Shown here in pieces: positions 10,258 to 17,729 of a DNA stretch of 32,000 nt (position 1 is the first letter of the stretch; every line of letters begins with the position of its first letter). The notes below the pieces were generated by a model, which searched no databases, was not told the DNA's origin, and was given only the letters and a program-made list of their open reading frames with translations. The position numbers were made by a program, and so were the translations under genes. Origin of the DNA: Halorhodospira halophila SL1 (lineage in GTDB: Bacteria; Pseudomonadota; Gammaproteobacteria; Nitrococcales; Halorhodospiraceae); NCBI RefSeq assembly GCF_000015585.1, contig NC_008789.1, positions 90,001 through 122,000 on the forward strand. The letters run 5' to 3'.

Positions 10258-11340
10258 CTAAGCGACAGCCCCTTCCACCCCCTGGACACGCCGCAGGGCG
10301 TCGAGCTTGTCCAGCGCGCGCCCCGTAGCCAGCGCCTCCTTCGCCTGATCGGTGGCCCGGGCGAGGTTGGGGGCCTGATCGGCAAGCCAGAGAAGCGCGG
10401 CGGCGTTCATGGCGAAGAAGTCGGCCTCCGGTGTGTCGTAGCGGCCCTCCAGGGTCGCTAGGATGCGTTGCGCGTTATCCCCGGCCCGCTTGCTGCTGGC
10501 GACCTCGCCCAGGGACCGAGTCCGCAGACCGAAATCCGCCGGGGTCACTTCGAAGGTATCGATCCACCCACTCTTGAGCAGAACCAGCCGCGTCGGCCCG
10601 CACGGCGAGATCTCATCCATCCCCAGCTGCGGATCCTCGCCCTCGGCGCGGCCGAAGGGCGCGAGCGCCGCCGGCATACCGATCTCGCGCAGGATGGCGA
10701 CCAGCTGATCACACAGCCGCGGGGAGTAGGCGCCGATGACGACATGGCTGGTCCTGGCGCAGGGCATGGCCAGCGGCCCGATGAAGTTGAAGGCGGAAGT
10801 AAAACGCATGCGCTGGATCAGCCGCGCCCACCCGGCCCGCAGGAAGGCCTCGCCGGGCAGGTAGCCGATCCCGTGGGCTTCCAGGCAGGCCTCGGCGCGC
10901 TCCAGCGGGGCCTCCAAATCCACGCCGAGGCGCTCGAAGATGTCCGACGCCCCGGATACTCCGGTCACCAGCCGGGCCCCCTTCTTCGCCACTGGCAACC
11001 CACACCCGGCAGCGATGAGCGCCGCGGGGGTCGACGCGTTGACGGTCTTCAGGGAGTCCGAGCCAGTGCCCACGATATCCCCCACAGGCCCTTCGATCTG
11101 CGGGTGGATCTTCGCCGTGTCGTAGGCGTCGAGGGCATCCCAGGCACCGGAGAACTCCTCGGTCGTCGGTCCGCGGGCTTGGTGGGCCGCCAGAAAGGCG
11201 CCCTGCTGCAACTCGGGCTGTTCGTTCAGGATGACCTGCCGATACGCCTCCGCCGCTTCCTCGCGGGAGAGCCTCGCCCCGGACACCACCCGGCTGATCA
11301 TCCGACCGAAGCGGCGTAGCGCCTCCTCCTCACTCATCAT
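10258..11340 (-). CDS. TrpD-like glycosyl transferase family 3 protein (divergent anthranilate phosphoribosyltransferase homologue)
   Basis: The fold-level motif string is DIVGTGSDSLKTVNASTPAALIAAGCGLPVAKKGARLVTGVSGASDIFERLGV, against canonical GTGGDG...KHGNR...SGSAD. ATGATG at 11335-11340 is preceded by GGGAGAAAGG. The 277-aa upstream extension in the track ORF is rejected. Confidence 0.75.
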   Translation of the reverse strand: MMSEEEALRRFGRMISRVVSGARLSREEAAEAYRQVILNEQPELQQGAFLAAHQARGPTTEEFSGAWDALDAYDTAKIHPQIEGPVGDIVGTGSDSLKTVNASTPAALIAAGCGLPVAKKGARLVTGVSGASDIFERLGVDLEAPLERAEACLEAHGIGYLPGEAFLRAGWARLIQRMRFTSAFNFIGPLAMPCARTSHVVIGAYSPRLCDQLVAILREIGMPAALAPFGRAEGEDPQLGMDEISPCGPTRLVLLKSGWIDTFEVTPADFGLRTRSLGEVASSKRAGDNAQRILATLEGRYDTPEADFFAMNAAALLWLADQAPNLARATDQAKEALATGRALDKLDALRRVQGVEGAVA

Positions 11341-11375
11341 GCCTTTCTCCCTATCACCCTGACTCTCTGATCGTG

Positions 11376-12353
11376 TCACCCTAACCCGTCGGGGCGTACC
11401 ACGAAGCGCAGCACACCGCCCTCGGCCACTCGGCGCAGGGCAAGCGGACTGTCCTCCAGCGGGATCACCGCCTCGACCAGCGCCTCCGCTGCATCGGGGT
11501 ACCGACCAAGCAGCGCCACCGCATCGGCAATCCCGCTGCGCGTACAACCGTAGGCGCCGACCACCTGAAGCTGCCGATAATGGATCCCGTTGAAGGCCGC
11601 ACCGAGATCGATTTCCGCCTCCTGCCTCAGCCCGCTGAACACGACGTACCGACCACCGGGCCGCAACCGCTGAAGCCCTGCAGACAGGGCCGGCGGCGCG
11701 GATGTCGCGTTGATAGCCACATCCCACCCATCCCCGGGCGCCTCCAGTGTGAGTACCACCCCACTGAGCGTCCGGAACCGGGCGCTGAGTGCCGCCTTGT
11801 CGGCGGCGGTCTCGCAGACCAGCGGCTCCGCCCCCCGCGCTTGTACTGCCAGTGCCAGCAACAGGCCCACCGGCCCGGCGCCGTGGATCAGCACCCGCTC
11901 GCCCGCTTCGACGCGGGCCTGGTTCAGGGCGTTGATCCCGCAGGCCAGGGGCTCTGCCAGGCAAGCGACAACATCCGGGACCTCCGAAGGGACCGGGATC
12001 AGGCTCTCCCGCGGCACCTGCACCCATTGAGCCATCCCACCATCTCGATGGAAGCCGAGGACCTCCACACCGAGGCAGAGATTCTCGACACCCGAGTGGC
12101 AAGCCGGGCAGCGCCCACAGCTCACCCCGGGCCAAACGGCATACCGGTGTCCATCCTCGCCCAGGACACACAGCTCATGCCCCAAAACCCGCGGCAGGAT
12201 CAGATCCCGGTGCCCACACTGCCACATGCGCGCATCGGTCCGGCAGAGTGCAGCGCTCAGCACCCGCTGGACAGGCGCATCTGCCGTCCCGACCGGCGGC
12301 GCCTGCTCCACGATCCGCATTTGCCCCGGCGCCTCGAGTCGCAGGGCACGCAT
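11376..12353 (-). CDS. Zinc-dependent medium-chain dehydrogenase/reductase (alcohol/sorbitol/threonine dehydrogenase-like)
   Basis: The protein has the catalytic Zn ligands (ALCRTD, GHE), the structural Zn cluster CGRCPACHSGVENLC and the Rossmann motif GAGPVG. The start is ATG at 12353 (MRALRLE), or GTG at 12389 just 6 nt after the lpxD stop. Confidence 0.85.
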   Translation of the reverse strand: MRALRLEAPGQMRIVEQAPPVGTADAPVQRVLSAALCRTDARMWQCGHRDLILPRVLGHELCVLGEDGHRYAVWPGVSCGRCPACHSGVENLCLGVEVLGFHRDGGMAQWVQVPRESLIPVPSEVPDVVACLAEPLACGINALNQARVEAGERVLIHGAGPVGLLLALAVQARGAEPLVCETAADKAALSARFRTLSGVVLTLEAPGDGWDVAINATSAPPALSAGLQRLRPGGRYVVFSGLRQEAEIDLGAAFNGIHYRQLQVVGAYGCTRSGIADAVALLGRYPDAAEALVEAVIPLEDSPLALRRVAEGGVLRFVVRPDGLG

Positions 12354-12395
12354 CGGTGTCACGCCCGCGCCAAGGAGGTTTGGCTCCACAGCGGG

Positions 12396-13454
12396 TCAGT
12401 CATCGCGCTCCTCGCCCGCGTCGCCGACCATACCGTGCCCGGTTTCCAGGGCCTGGACACGGCGGAAGAGGCCCTCGAGCTGGGTGAAGCGGACGGTATT
12501 GCGCCGCCACTGCCGGACTGGCTGGGCCGGCAGTGGCGAGGCATAGGCACCGGATTCCCGGATAGAGCCCGTCACACCGGTCATCCCCATCAGGGAGACG
12601 CCGTCGGCGATGCGGATGTGATCGGTAATCGCCACCAGTCCGCCGATCAGGCAGTCCCGGCCAATGGTGGTACTGCCCGCCACCAGGGTGCCCCCAGCGA
12701 TGACGGTGCGGGCACCCACACGACAGTTGTGGGCGATGTGAACATGGTCATCGAGCTTGACCCCGGCCTCGATGACCGTGTCCTCAAGCGCCCCGCGGTC
12801 AACCGTAGCATTGGCGCCGATCTCGACGTCGTCACCGATATCGACCCCACCGATCTGCGGGACCTTGCGCCACCCCTGTCCATCGGGCAACGGGGCGTAG
12901 CCGAAGCCGTCGGCACCGATGACCGCACCGGCGTGGATGCGCACCCGCTCGCCGGTCCGACAGCCCCCGGCCAGCACGGCATTGGGACCCAACCAGCTGC
13001 CCGTGCCCAGGCGCGCACCGGGGCCGATGAAGGCGCCCGGCGCCACCGTGCTCCCGGCGCCGAGTTCGACGCCGGCTTCGATAACCGCATTGGCACCGAC
13101 ACTGACCCCGTCGCCCAACACCACATCGGAGGCTACGACAGCCCCGGGGTGGATCCCCGGCGGCGCCGACGGTTCAGGATGCAGGAGCTCCACCACCTCG
13201 ATGAAGGCCAGATAAGGATCCTCGACCACCAGCGCGGTGCCCGGACAATCGCCCTCGTGCTCGGCGCGCACCAAAACGGCGGCAGCGCCGCTGCGGCGCA
13301 ACTCGGGCAGATGCCGCTTGCTGGTGCAAAAGGACACAGCATCGCCGCCAGCCCCGAGCAAGGTGGCAGCACGACAGACTGGCCGCTCCCCGTCACCCGC
13401 GAGCCGTGCGCCCAGCCGCGCGGCGAGTTCCTGGACTGTCATGGCGCTGGTCAT
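12396..13454 (-). CDS. lpxD: UDP-3-O-acylglucosamine N-acyltransferase
   Basis: The protein has the LpxD N-terminal domain, a long left-handed beta-helix of hexapeptide repeats ([31 protein letters not shown]...) and a C-terminal helical tail. ATG at 13454 is preceded by AGGAGG. Confidence 0.9.
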
Positions 13455-13595
13455 GCTTCCTCCTGGCGGCCGCCTGGCAGTAGCGGGTCGCGGGCGAGAC
13501 CGCGTATCCCCAGTCAGCGCCCGGGCTTCAATATAGCCGTCGGATAGTAACCGACCGCCTGGCCTGGCCTCCAGTCTGTCCCGTGCTGCGGTACG

Positions 13596-14891
13596 CTAAA
13601 TCCGCCAGAAGGGGGGATAGGCCACGGCATCTTGCCGGTTGCGGTAGATGCGCGAGCGGATCTCCCGCTCCCGGGCGATGATCTCCACGGAGCTAGGGGC
13701 GGTAATCCAGAGCTGCTGGAGCATCACGCCCGCGGCCGACAACTCGGACTCATCGATGACCTCATCGCGCCGACGCACATGCCGGACCAGGACCCCTTGC
13801 TCGGCCTCCAGGGCGTCGACATAGTCGTAATCGAGGATCTCATCAACGCGTCCTGACTCCCGCGCAGTGATCAGCACGATCAACGTATACCGGTAGGATC
13901 CGCCGGCCCGCCAGCGATCCCAGGGTGTGGGCCTCGCCGGCTGCTCGCCGGCGGCCAGCAGGAGATTGTCTGCGTAGAGCGAGTTGCCGAAGGAGTAACG
14001 GTAGTTGTAGTGATAGGTGTGCGCGGCCCGCGGATTGATCTCGGTCAGGTGCAGTGCGCCGTCGGGCATCACCCAGAACTCCAGGTTGAAGAACTGGTTG
14101 CGGTAACCGAGGTCCGCCAGCCGACGCATGTACGCCGAGACCCACGCTTCAATCGTATCGGCCATGTCCCGGCTGATGGAGACCGGCGGGGTCAGATACC
14201 CCAGCGCCTGATGATTGGAGAAGTAGACCTCTTCGGTCAGACCGTAGTGAACCACCTCGCCATCATTGGTGATATATCCCTCGTAACAGTACTCGGTGGC
14301 GCGGTTGATATCGACCAGGTGCTCGGCGATGAACGGCGGCGCCAGGGCCGGCACCTGCTGCGGCGGAACACCATCAAGATAGGCTGCATATTGGCGTGCC
14401 AGCGCCCGCTGCAGTTCATGATCCTGCCGGTAGTCGGCGAGCACCCGCTGCAACTCGTCGACGCTAGCGATGCGGAAGATCCCCCGGCCGAGCGACAGGG
14501 AGGTGTTCTTGAGCATGAAGGGCCACTCGTGCGCGGGCACCCGCGCGGCGATCTGGTCATCGCTTTCCTGGAGCGGGTCGACCGGGGCATAGAAGAAGGG
14601 ATCCCGCTCCAGGGTGCGCATCAGATACTTGTTCATGCAGTAGAAGAAGGCGACCCGCGAGGGCACCGGATTGCCCAGGCGCTCGTTGATCAGCAGGTGA
14701 TGGAAGGCGTCCTTCTGGGCGAAACCGGCAACGGCAACCACCCCCTGCTCGTGACAGTGCCGAGCCGTGGCCTCGATCTCCCGGGCGCCCCAGCCCTTGG
14801 GATAGATGCGCTCAACGCCAAAGTGCTGCTCCAGCTCGGCGAGCGCCGGCTCCATATAAGGCTGAGGATTGATCACGCCGAACTTCATCAT
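13596..14891 (-). CDS. ATP-grasp domain protein of unknown specificity
   Basis: The 431-aa protein carries the ATP-grasp Mg/ATP motif ...LHLTEINPRAAH... (E-x-N) and a central lid region. I recognised no specific subfamily. Confidence 0.72.
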   Translation of the reverse strand: MMKFGVINPQPYMEPALAELEQHFGVERIYPKGWGAREIEATARHCHEQGVVAVAGFAQKDAFHHLLINERLGNPVPSRVAFFYCMNKYLMRTLERDPFFYAPVDPLQESDDQIAARVPAHEWPFMLKNTSLSLGRGIFRIASVDELQRVLADYRQDHELQRALARQYAAYLDGVPPQQVPALAPPFIAEHLVDINRATEYCYEGYITNDGEVVHYGLTEEVYFSNHQALGYLTPPVSISRDMADTIEAWVSAYMRRLADLGYRNQFFNLEFWVMPDGALHLTEINPRAAHTYHYNYRYSFGNSLYADNLLLAAGEQPARPTPWDRWRAGGSYRYTLIVLITARESGRVDEILDYDYVDALEAEQGVLVRHVRRRDEVIDESELSAAGVMLQQLWITAPSSVEIIAREREIRSRIYRNRQDAVAYPPFWRI

Positions 14892-14975
14892 CGGTTCCCC
14901 CTGTAACGAAGACCGCTCAACGCCGATTGGCGCTATCCGCTCAGCATAGCGGGTCCACGAAACGCGCGGACTCGC

Positions 14976-14993
14976 CTGTCACCGAACTTTCAC
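14976..14993 (+). promoter_or_regulatory. Pho-box-like site in the gene-poor gap
   Basis: The plus strand reads CTGTCAC-CGAA-CTTTCAC, against the E. coli consensus CTGTCAT-N4-CTGTCA(C/T). No convincing -10 element lies 10 bp downstream. Confidence 0.35.
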
Positions 14994-15085
14994 GCAAAAG
15001 GCATCCCGGCGTCACGGCAAACTGCGAGGGTGCCGTCTAACCTAAATAGATCGATGCAAACTGAAGCACCAAGGAGGATTGAAGA

Positions 15086-15304
15086 ATGGCCCGCAAGAGC
15101 CCGACCGAGCTTTACCACACCGCCCTGCACATGTACCGGCACGGCGCCACCGTCGAACAGATCGCTGATGAGCTGGCCATCCACCCGGCGTCGCTGCAGA
15201 CCTGGCTGACGGCCCCGATCTACCCGGCCGCCCAGCGAACTCAGACGGCTCACCCTTACCCTCGCGCACCCCGCCGCGTCAAACCCCAACGGGCGGCACT
15301 CTGA
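15086..15304 (+). CDS. Small helix-turn-helix protein (72 aa), possibly a transposase/resolvase-type HTH remnant
   Basis: A strong SD (AAGGAGG, 15071-15077) lies 8 nt before the ATG. The N-terminal 40 aa look like an HTH (GATVEQIADELAIHPASLQTWL), and the C-terminal half is Pro/Arg-rich and low-complexity. Confidence 0.4.
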   Translation: MARKSPTELYHTALHMYRHGATVEQIADELAIHPASLQTWLTAPIYPAAQRTQTAHPYPRAPRRVKPQRAAL

Positions 15305-15623
15305 ATGGATCCCGTCGAGGCGGACGACGCTGCCGTCCGCCGCCCGTTTCTCCCCTTCCCAGCACCTCTCCCGAACCGCCGCCGGTAACCAGCCCGCCAG
15401 CACCCGACCCTCACGCTGCAAGCCTCCCGTCTCTGAGCCGTCACCACGAACCGTCTACCTCCACGATCACGGCGATGCGATTGCCGAGCGCTTTACCGAC
15501 GACACCGGGATACCGGTACAGATCGTCGATATGAGCGGCGGCGGCCGATCCCTGACGGGGTTCCACCGTCATCCCCGCTTGGCTAAAGTGGCGCGCAACC
15601 CGCACCCCACCACGGGAGTCCCC

Positions 15624-16055
15624 ATGAGCAAGACGCGCACATTACTGTTCCTGTGCACCGGCAACTCCTGCCGATCCCAGATGGCTGAAGGCTACGCCCG
15701 ACAGATGGCCGGCAACGACTGGCGGGTGCTCTCCGCAGGCATTGAGGCCCACGGCCAGAACCCCCGCGCCATCGCCGCGATGCAGGAAGACGGGGTCGAT
15801 ATCTCGGATCAGCAATCCACGGTGCTGACCGAAGCCATGCTGGCCGAGGCCGATGTCCTGGTCACCGTCTGTGGCCACGCCGATGAACACTGCCCCGTGG
15901 TGCCCGGAAGCGTCGTCAAGCATCACTGGCCGCTCCCGGACCCAGCCCGCGCCGAGGGCAGTGAGGAAGAGATCGCCAGCGCCTTTCGGGAGGTGCGCGA
16001 TGAGATCAAGGGGCGGGTCCGCAAATTGCTGGCCGACGCAGACCCGGCCTCCTAA
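15624..16055 (+). CDS. arsC: Arsenate reductase, thioredoxin-coupled LMW-PTPase family
   Basis: The protein has the CX5R P-loop LFLCTGNSCRSQMAEG and the downstream redox cysteines VCGHADEHCP. ATG at 15624 is preceded by GGGAG. The track's earlier start at 15531 is rejected. Confidence 0.87.
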   Translation: MSKTRTLLFLCTGNSCRSQMAEGYARQMAGNDWRVLSAGIEAHGQNPRAIAAMQEDGVDISDQQSTVLTEAMLAEADVLVTVCGHADEHCPVVPGSVVKHHWPLPDPARAEGSEEEIASAFREVRDEIKGRVRKLLADADPAS

Positions 16056-16069
16056 AGCCCTCCGAACCC

Positions 16070-16103
16070 GAGGGGTGCCGCAAGCCGCTCCGCGGCACCC
16101 CTC
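16070..16103. terminator. Bidirectional terminator-like hairpin between arsC and phoU
   Basis: A perfect 12-bp stem, GAGGGGTGCCGC (16070-16081) / GCGGCACCCCTC (16092-16103), encloses a 10-nt loop in the 54-nt gap between the convergent genes. Confidence 0.55.
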
Positions 16104-16109
16104 CACTGT

Positions 16110-16850
16110 TCAGTGGCGGTCGCCGGTCGCCTCCTGGGCCATCTGCTCGAAGCTGGTGTGCCGCACGTTCTTGCCGCGGACGAAGTAGACGACGTACTCG
16201 CAGATATTCCGCGCGCGATCCCCGATGCGCTCCAGGGAGCGGGCCGTCCACATCACATCCATGACCCGCGGCACCGTCTCCGGATTGCGCATCATCTGGT
16301 CCATTAGCCGATGGACGATGACCTCGTACTGGCTGTCCGCCTGGATATCCTGCTGCGCCACGCGCACCGCCTCCTCCACATCCATCCGTGCAAAAGCGTC
16401 CAAGGCACCGCGTAGCATCCCCCGGACGTGCTCGCCCATCTCGCCGAGTTCGCTGATGGGGCCGCTCTCGCGGTCCAGCTCGAGGAAGTGCAGCGCCATG
16501 CGCCCGATCCGCTCGGCCTCATCGCCGATGCGCTCGAGATCCGTGATGGTCTTGATAACGGCCATGACCAGACGAAGATCCGAGGCGGTCGGCTGTCGGC
16601 GGACAAGGATCTGGGTGCAATCCTCATCCAGGGCCACCTCCATCGCATTCACCTGGTAATCGCTGGTGACCACCTTCTCGGCGAGTTCGGTCTTGGCCTC
16701 CGCCATCCCCGTCACAGCATCGCCGAGCTGCTGTTCGACGAGGCCACCCATGGTCAGGACGCGGTCGTGGATCGCCTCCAGCTCGGCGTTGAACCGCTGG
16801 GAGATGTGCTCCTGGAAGAAGCTCTTTTCGGTGGGGTTCTCGTCGGTCAT
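16110..16850 (-). CDS. phoU: Phosphate signalling complex protein PhoU
   Basis: There are two PhoU repeats (ITDLERIGDEAERI and ARSLERIGDRARNI). The gene starts 11 nt downstream of pstB. Confidence 0.95.
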   Translation of the reverse strand: MTDENPTEKSFFQEHISQRFNAELEAIHDRVLTMGGLVEQQLGDAVTGMAEAKTELAEKVVTSDYQVNAMEVALDEDCTQILVRRQPTASDLRLVMAVIKTITDLERIGDEAERIGRMALHFLELDRESGPISELGEMGEHVRGMLRGALDAFARMDVEEAVRVAQQDIQADSQYEVIVHRLMDQMMRNPETVPRVMDVMWTARSLERIGDRARNICEYVVYFVRGKNVRHTSFEQMAQEATGDRH

Positions 16851-16861
16851 CAGCGGTCTCC

Positions 16862-17716
16862 TCAGCCGTAGCGGCCGGTGATGTAGTCTTCAGTCTGTTT
16901 CTTGCCCGGGTTGGTGAACAGCGTATCCGTATCGCCGTGCTCGATGAGCTCACCGAGATAGAGGAACGCCGTAAAATCGGACACCCGCGCCGCCTGCTGC
17001 ATGTTGTGGGTCACGATCGCGATGGTGTAGCGCTCCTTGAGCTCGAACATCAGCTCCTCGATCTTCAGCGTCGCCAGCGGATCGAGGGCCGAGGCCGGCT
17101 CGTCCAGAAGGATCACCTCCGGCTCGACGGCGATGGCACGAGCGATGACCAGCCGCTGCTGCTGACCGCCGGAGAGCCCGAAGGCGTTCTCGTGGAGCCG
17201 GTCTTTCACCTCGTCCCAGAGCGCGGCGCGGCGCAGCGACTTCTCGACCACCTCGTCGAGGGCTCGGCGATTGCGCACACCCTGCAACCGCAGCCCGTAG
17301 GCGACGTTCTCGTAGATCGACTTGGGGAAGGGGTTCGGCTTCTGGAAGACCATCCCGACCCGACGGCGCAGCTCGGGAACATCCATGCGCCGCGCGTGGA
17401 TATCCTCGCCGTCGAGGTGGATCCGCCCCTGGATCCGGCAGTTATCGACCAGGTCGTTCATCCGGTTGAAACAGCGCAGCAACGTCGACTTGCCGCACCC
17501 CGAAGGCCCGATAAACGCCGTGATCTGGCCGCGGGGGATCTTGAGATCGATCCCCTTGAGCACGTGCTCCTCGCCGTACCAGAGGTTGAGATCGTGGGTC
17601 TCCAGGCAGATATCGTTGCCCAGACGCCTGGGCGCTTTCCCGGCCCGGTCCCGATCCTGCAGCGCCTCGCTGCTGAAGCCGTGGGTCGGTGTTGCCGCAT
17701 GCTTCTCAGAACTCAT
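16862..17716 (-). CDS. pstB: Phosphate ABC transporter ATP-binding protein
   Basis: The protein has Walker [10 protein letters not shown], the ABC signature LSGGQQQR and Walker B ILLDEP, plus the PstB-typical C-terminus [10 protein letters not shown]. Confidence 0.95.
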   Translation of the reverse strand: MSSEKHAATPTHGFSSEALQDRDRAGKAPRRLGNDICLETHDLNLWYGEEHVLKGIDLKIPRGQITAFIGPSGCGKSTLLRCFNRMNDLVDNCRIQGRIHLDGEDIHARRMDVPELRRRVGMVFQKPNPFPKSIYENVAYGLRLQGVRNRRALDEVVEKSLRRAALWDEVKDRLHENAFGLSGGQQQRLVIARAIAVEPEVILLDEPASALDPLATLKIEELMFELKERYTIAIVTHNMQQAARVSDFTAFLYLGELIEHGDTDTLFTNPGKKQTEDYITGRYG

Positions 17717-17729
17717 CGGGTCTCCTCAC

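Noticed and set aside
11341-12171. A 277-aa N-terminal extension of the TrpD-like ORF (track ORF 10258-12171).
   Set aside because: The extension overlaps the Zn-dehydrogenase gene in another frame and is Arg/Gly/Ala-rich. A good SD plus ATGATG at 11335-11340 coincides with the start of homology.
11580-13547. A 655-aa plus-strand ORF crossing both the dehydrogenase and lpxD.
   Set aside because: It runs antisense across two independent, motif-supported genes and their intergenic gap. The product is low-complexity and R/P/G-rich, so it is a high-GC artefact.
15086-15623. A possible insertion sequence around the HTH ORF.
   Set aside because: There is no transposase catalytic-domain ORF, no terminal inverted repeats and no target-site duplication that I could find. 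At most it is a remnant, so it is reported only as a small HTH ORF.
15531-15623. An N-terminal extension of arsC from ATG 15531.
   Set aside because: Homology to LMW-PTP ArsC begins at MSKTRTLLFLCTGNSCRS (ATG 15624, with GGGAG upstream). The 31-aa extension is not ArsC-like.
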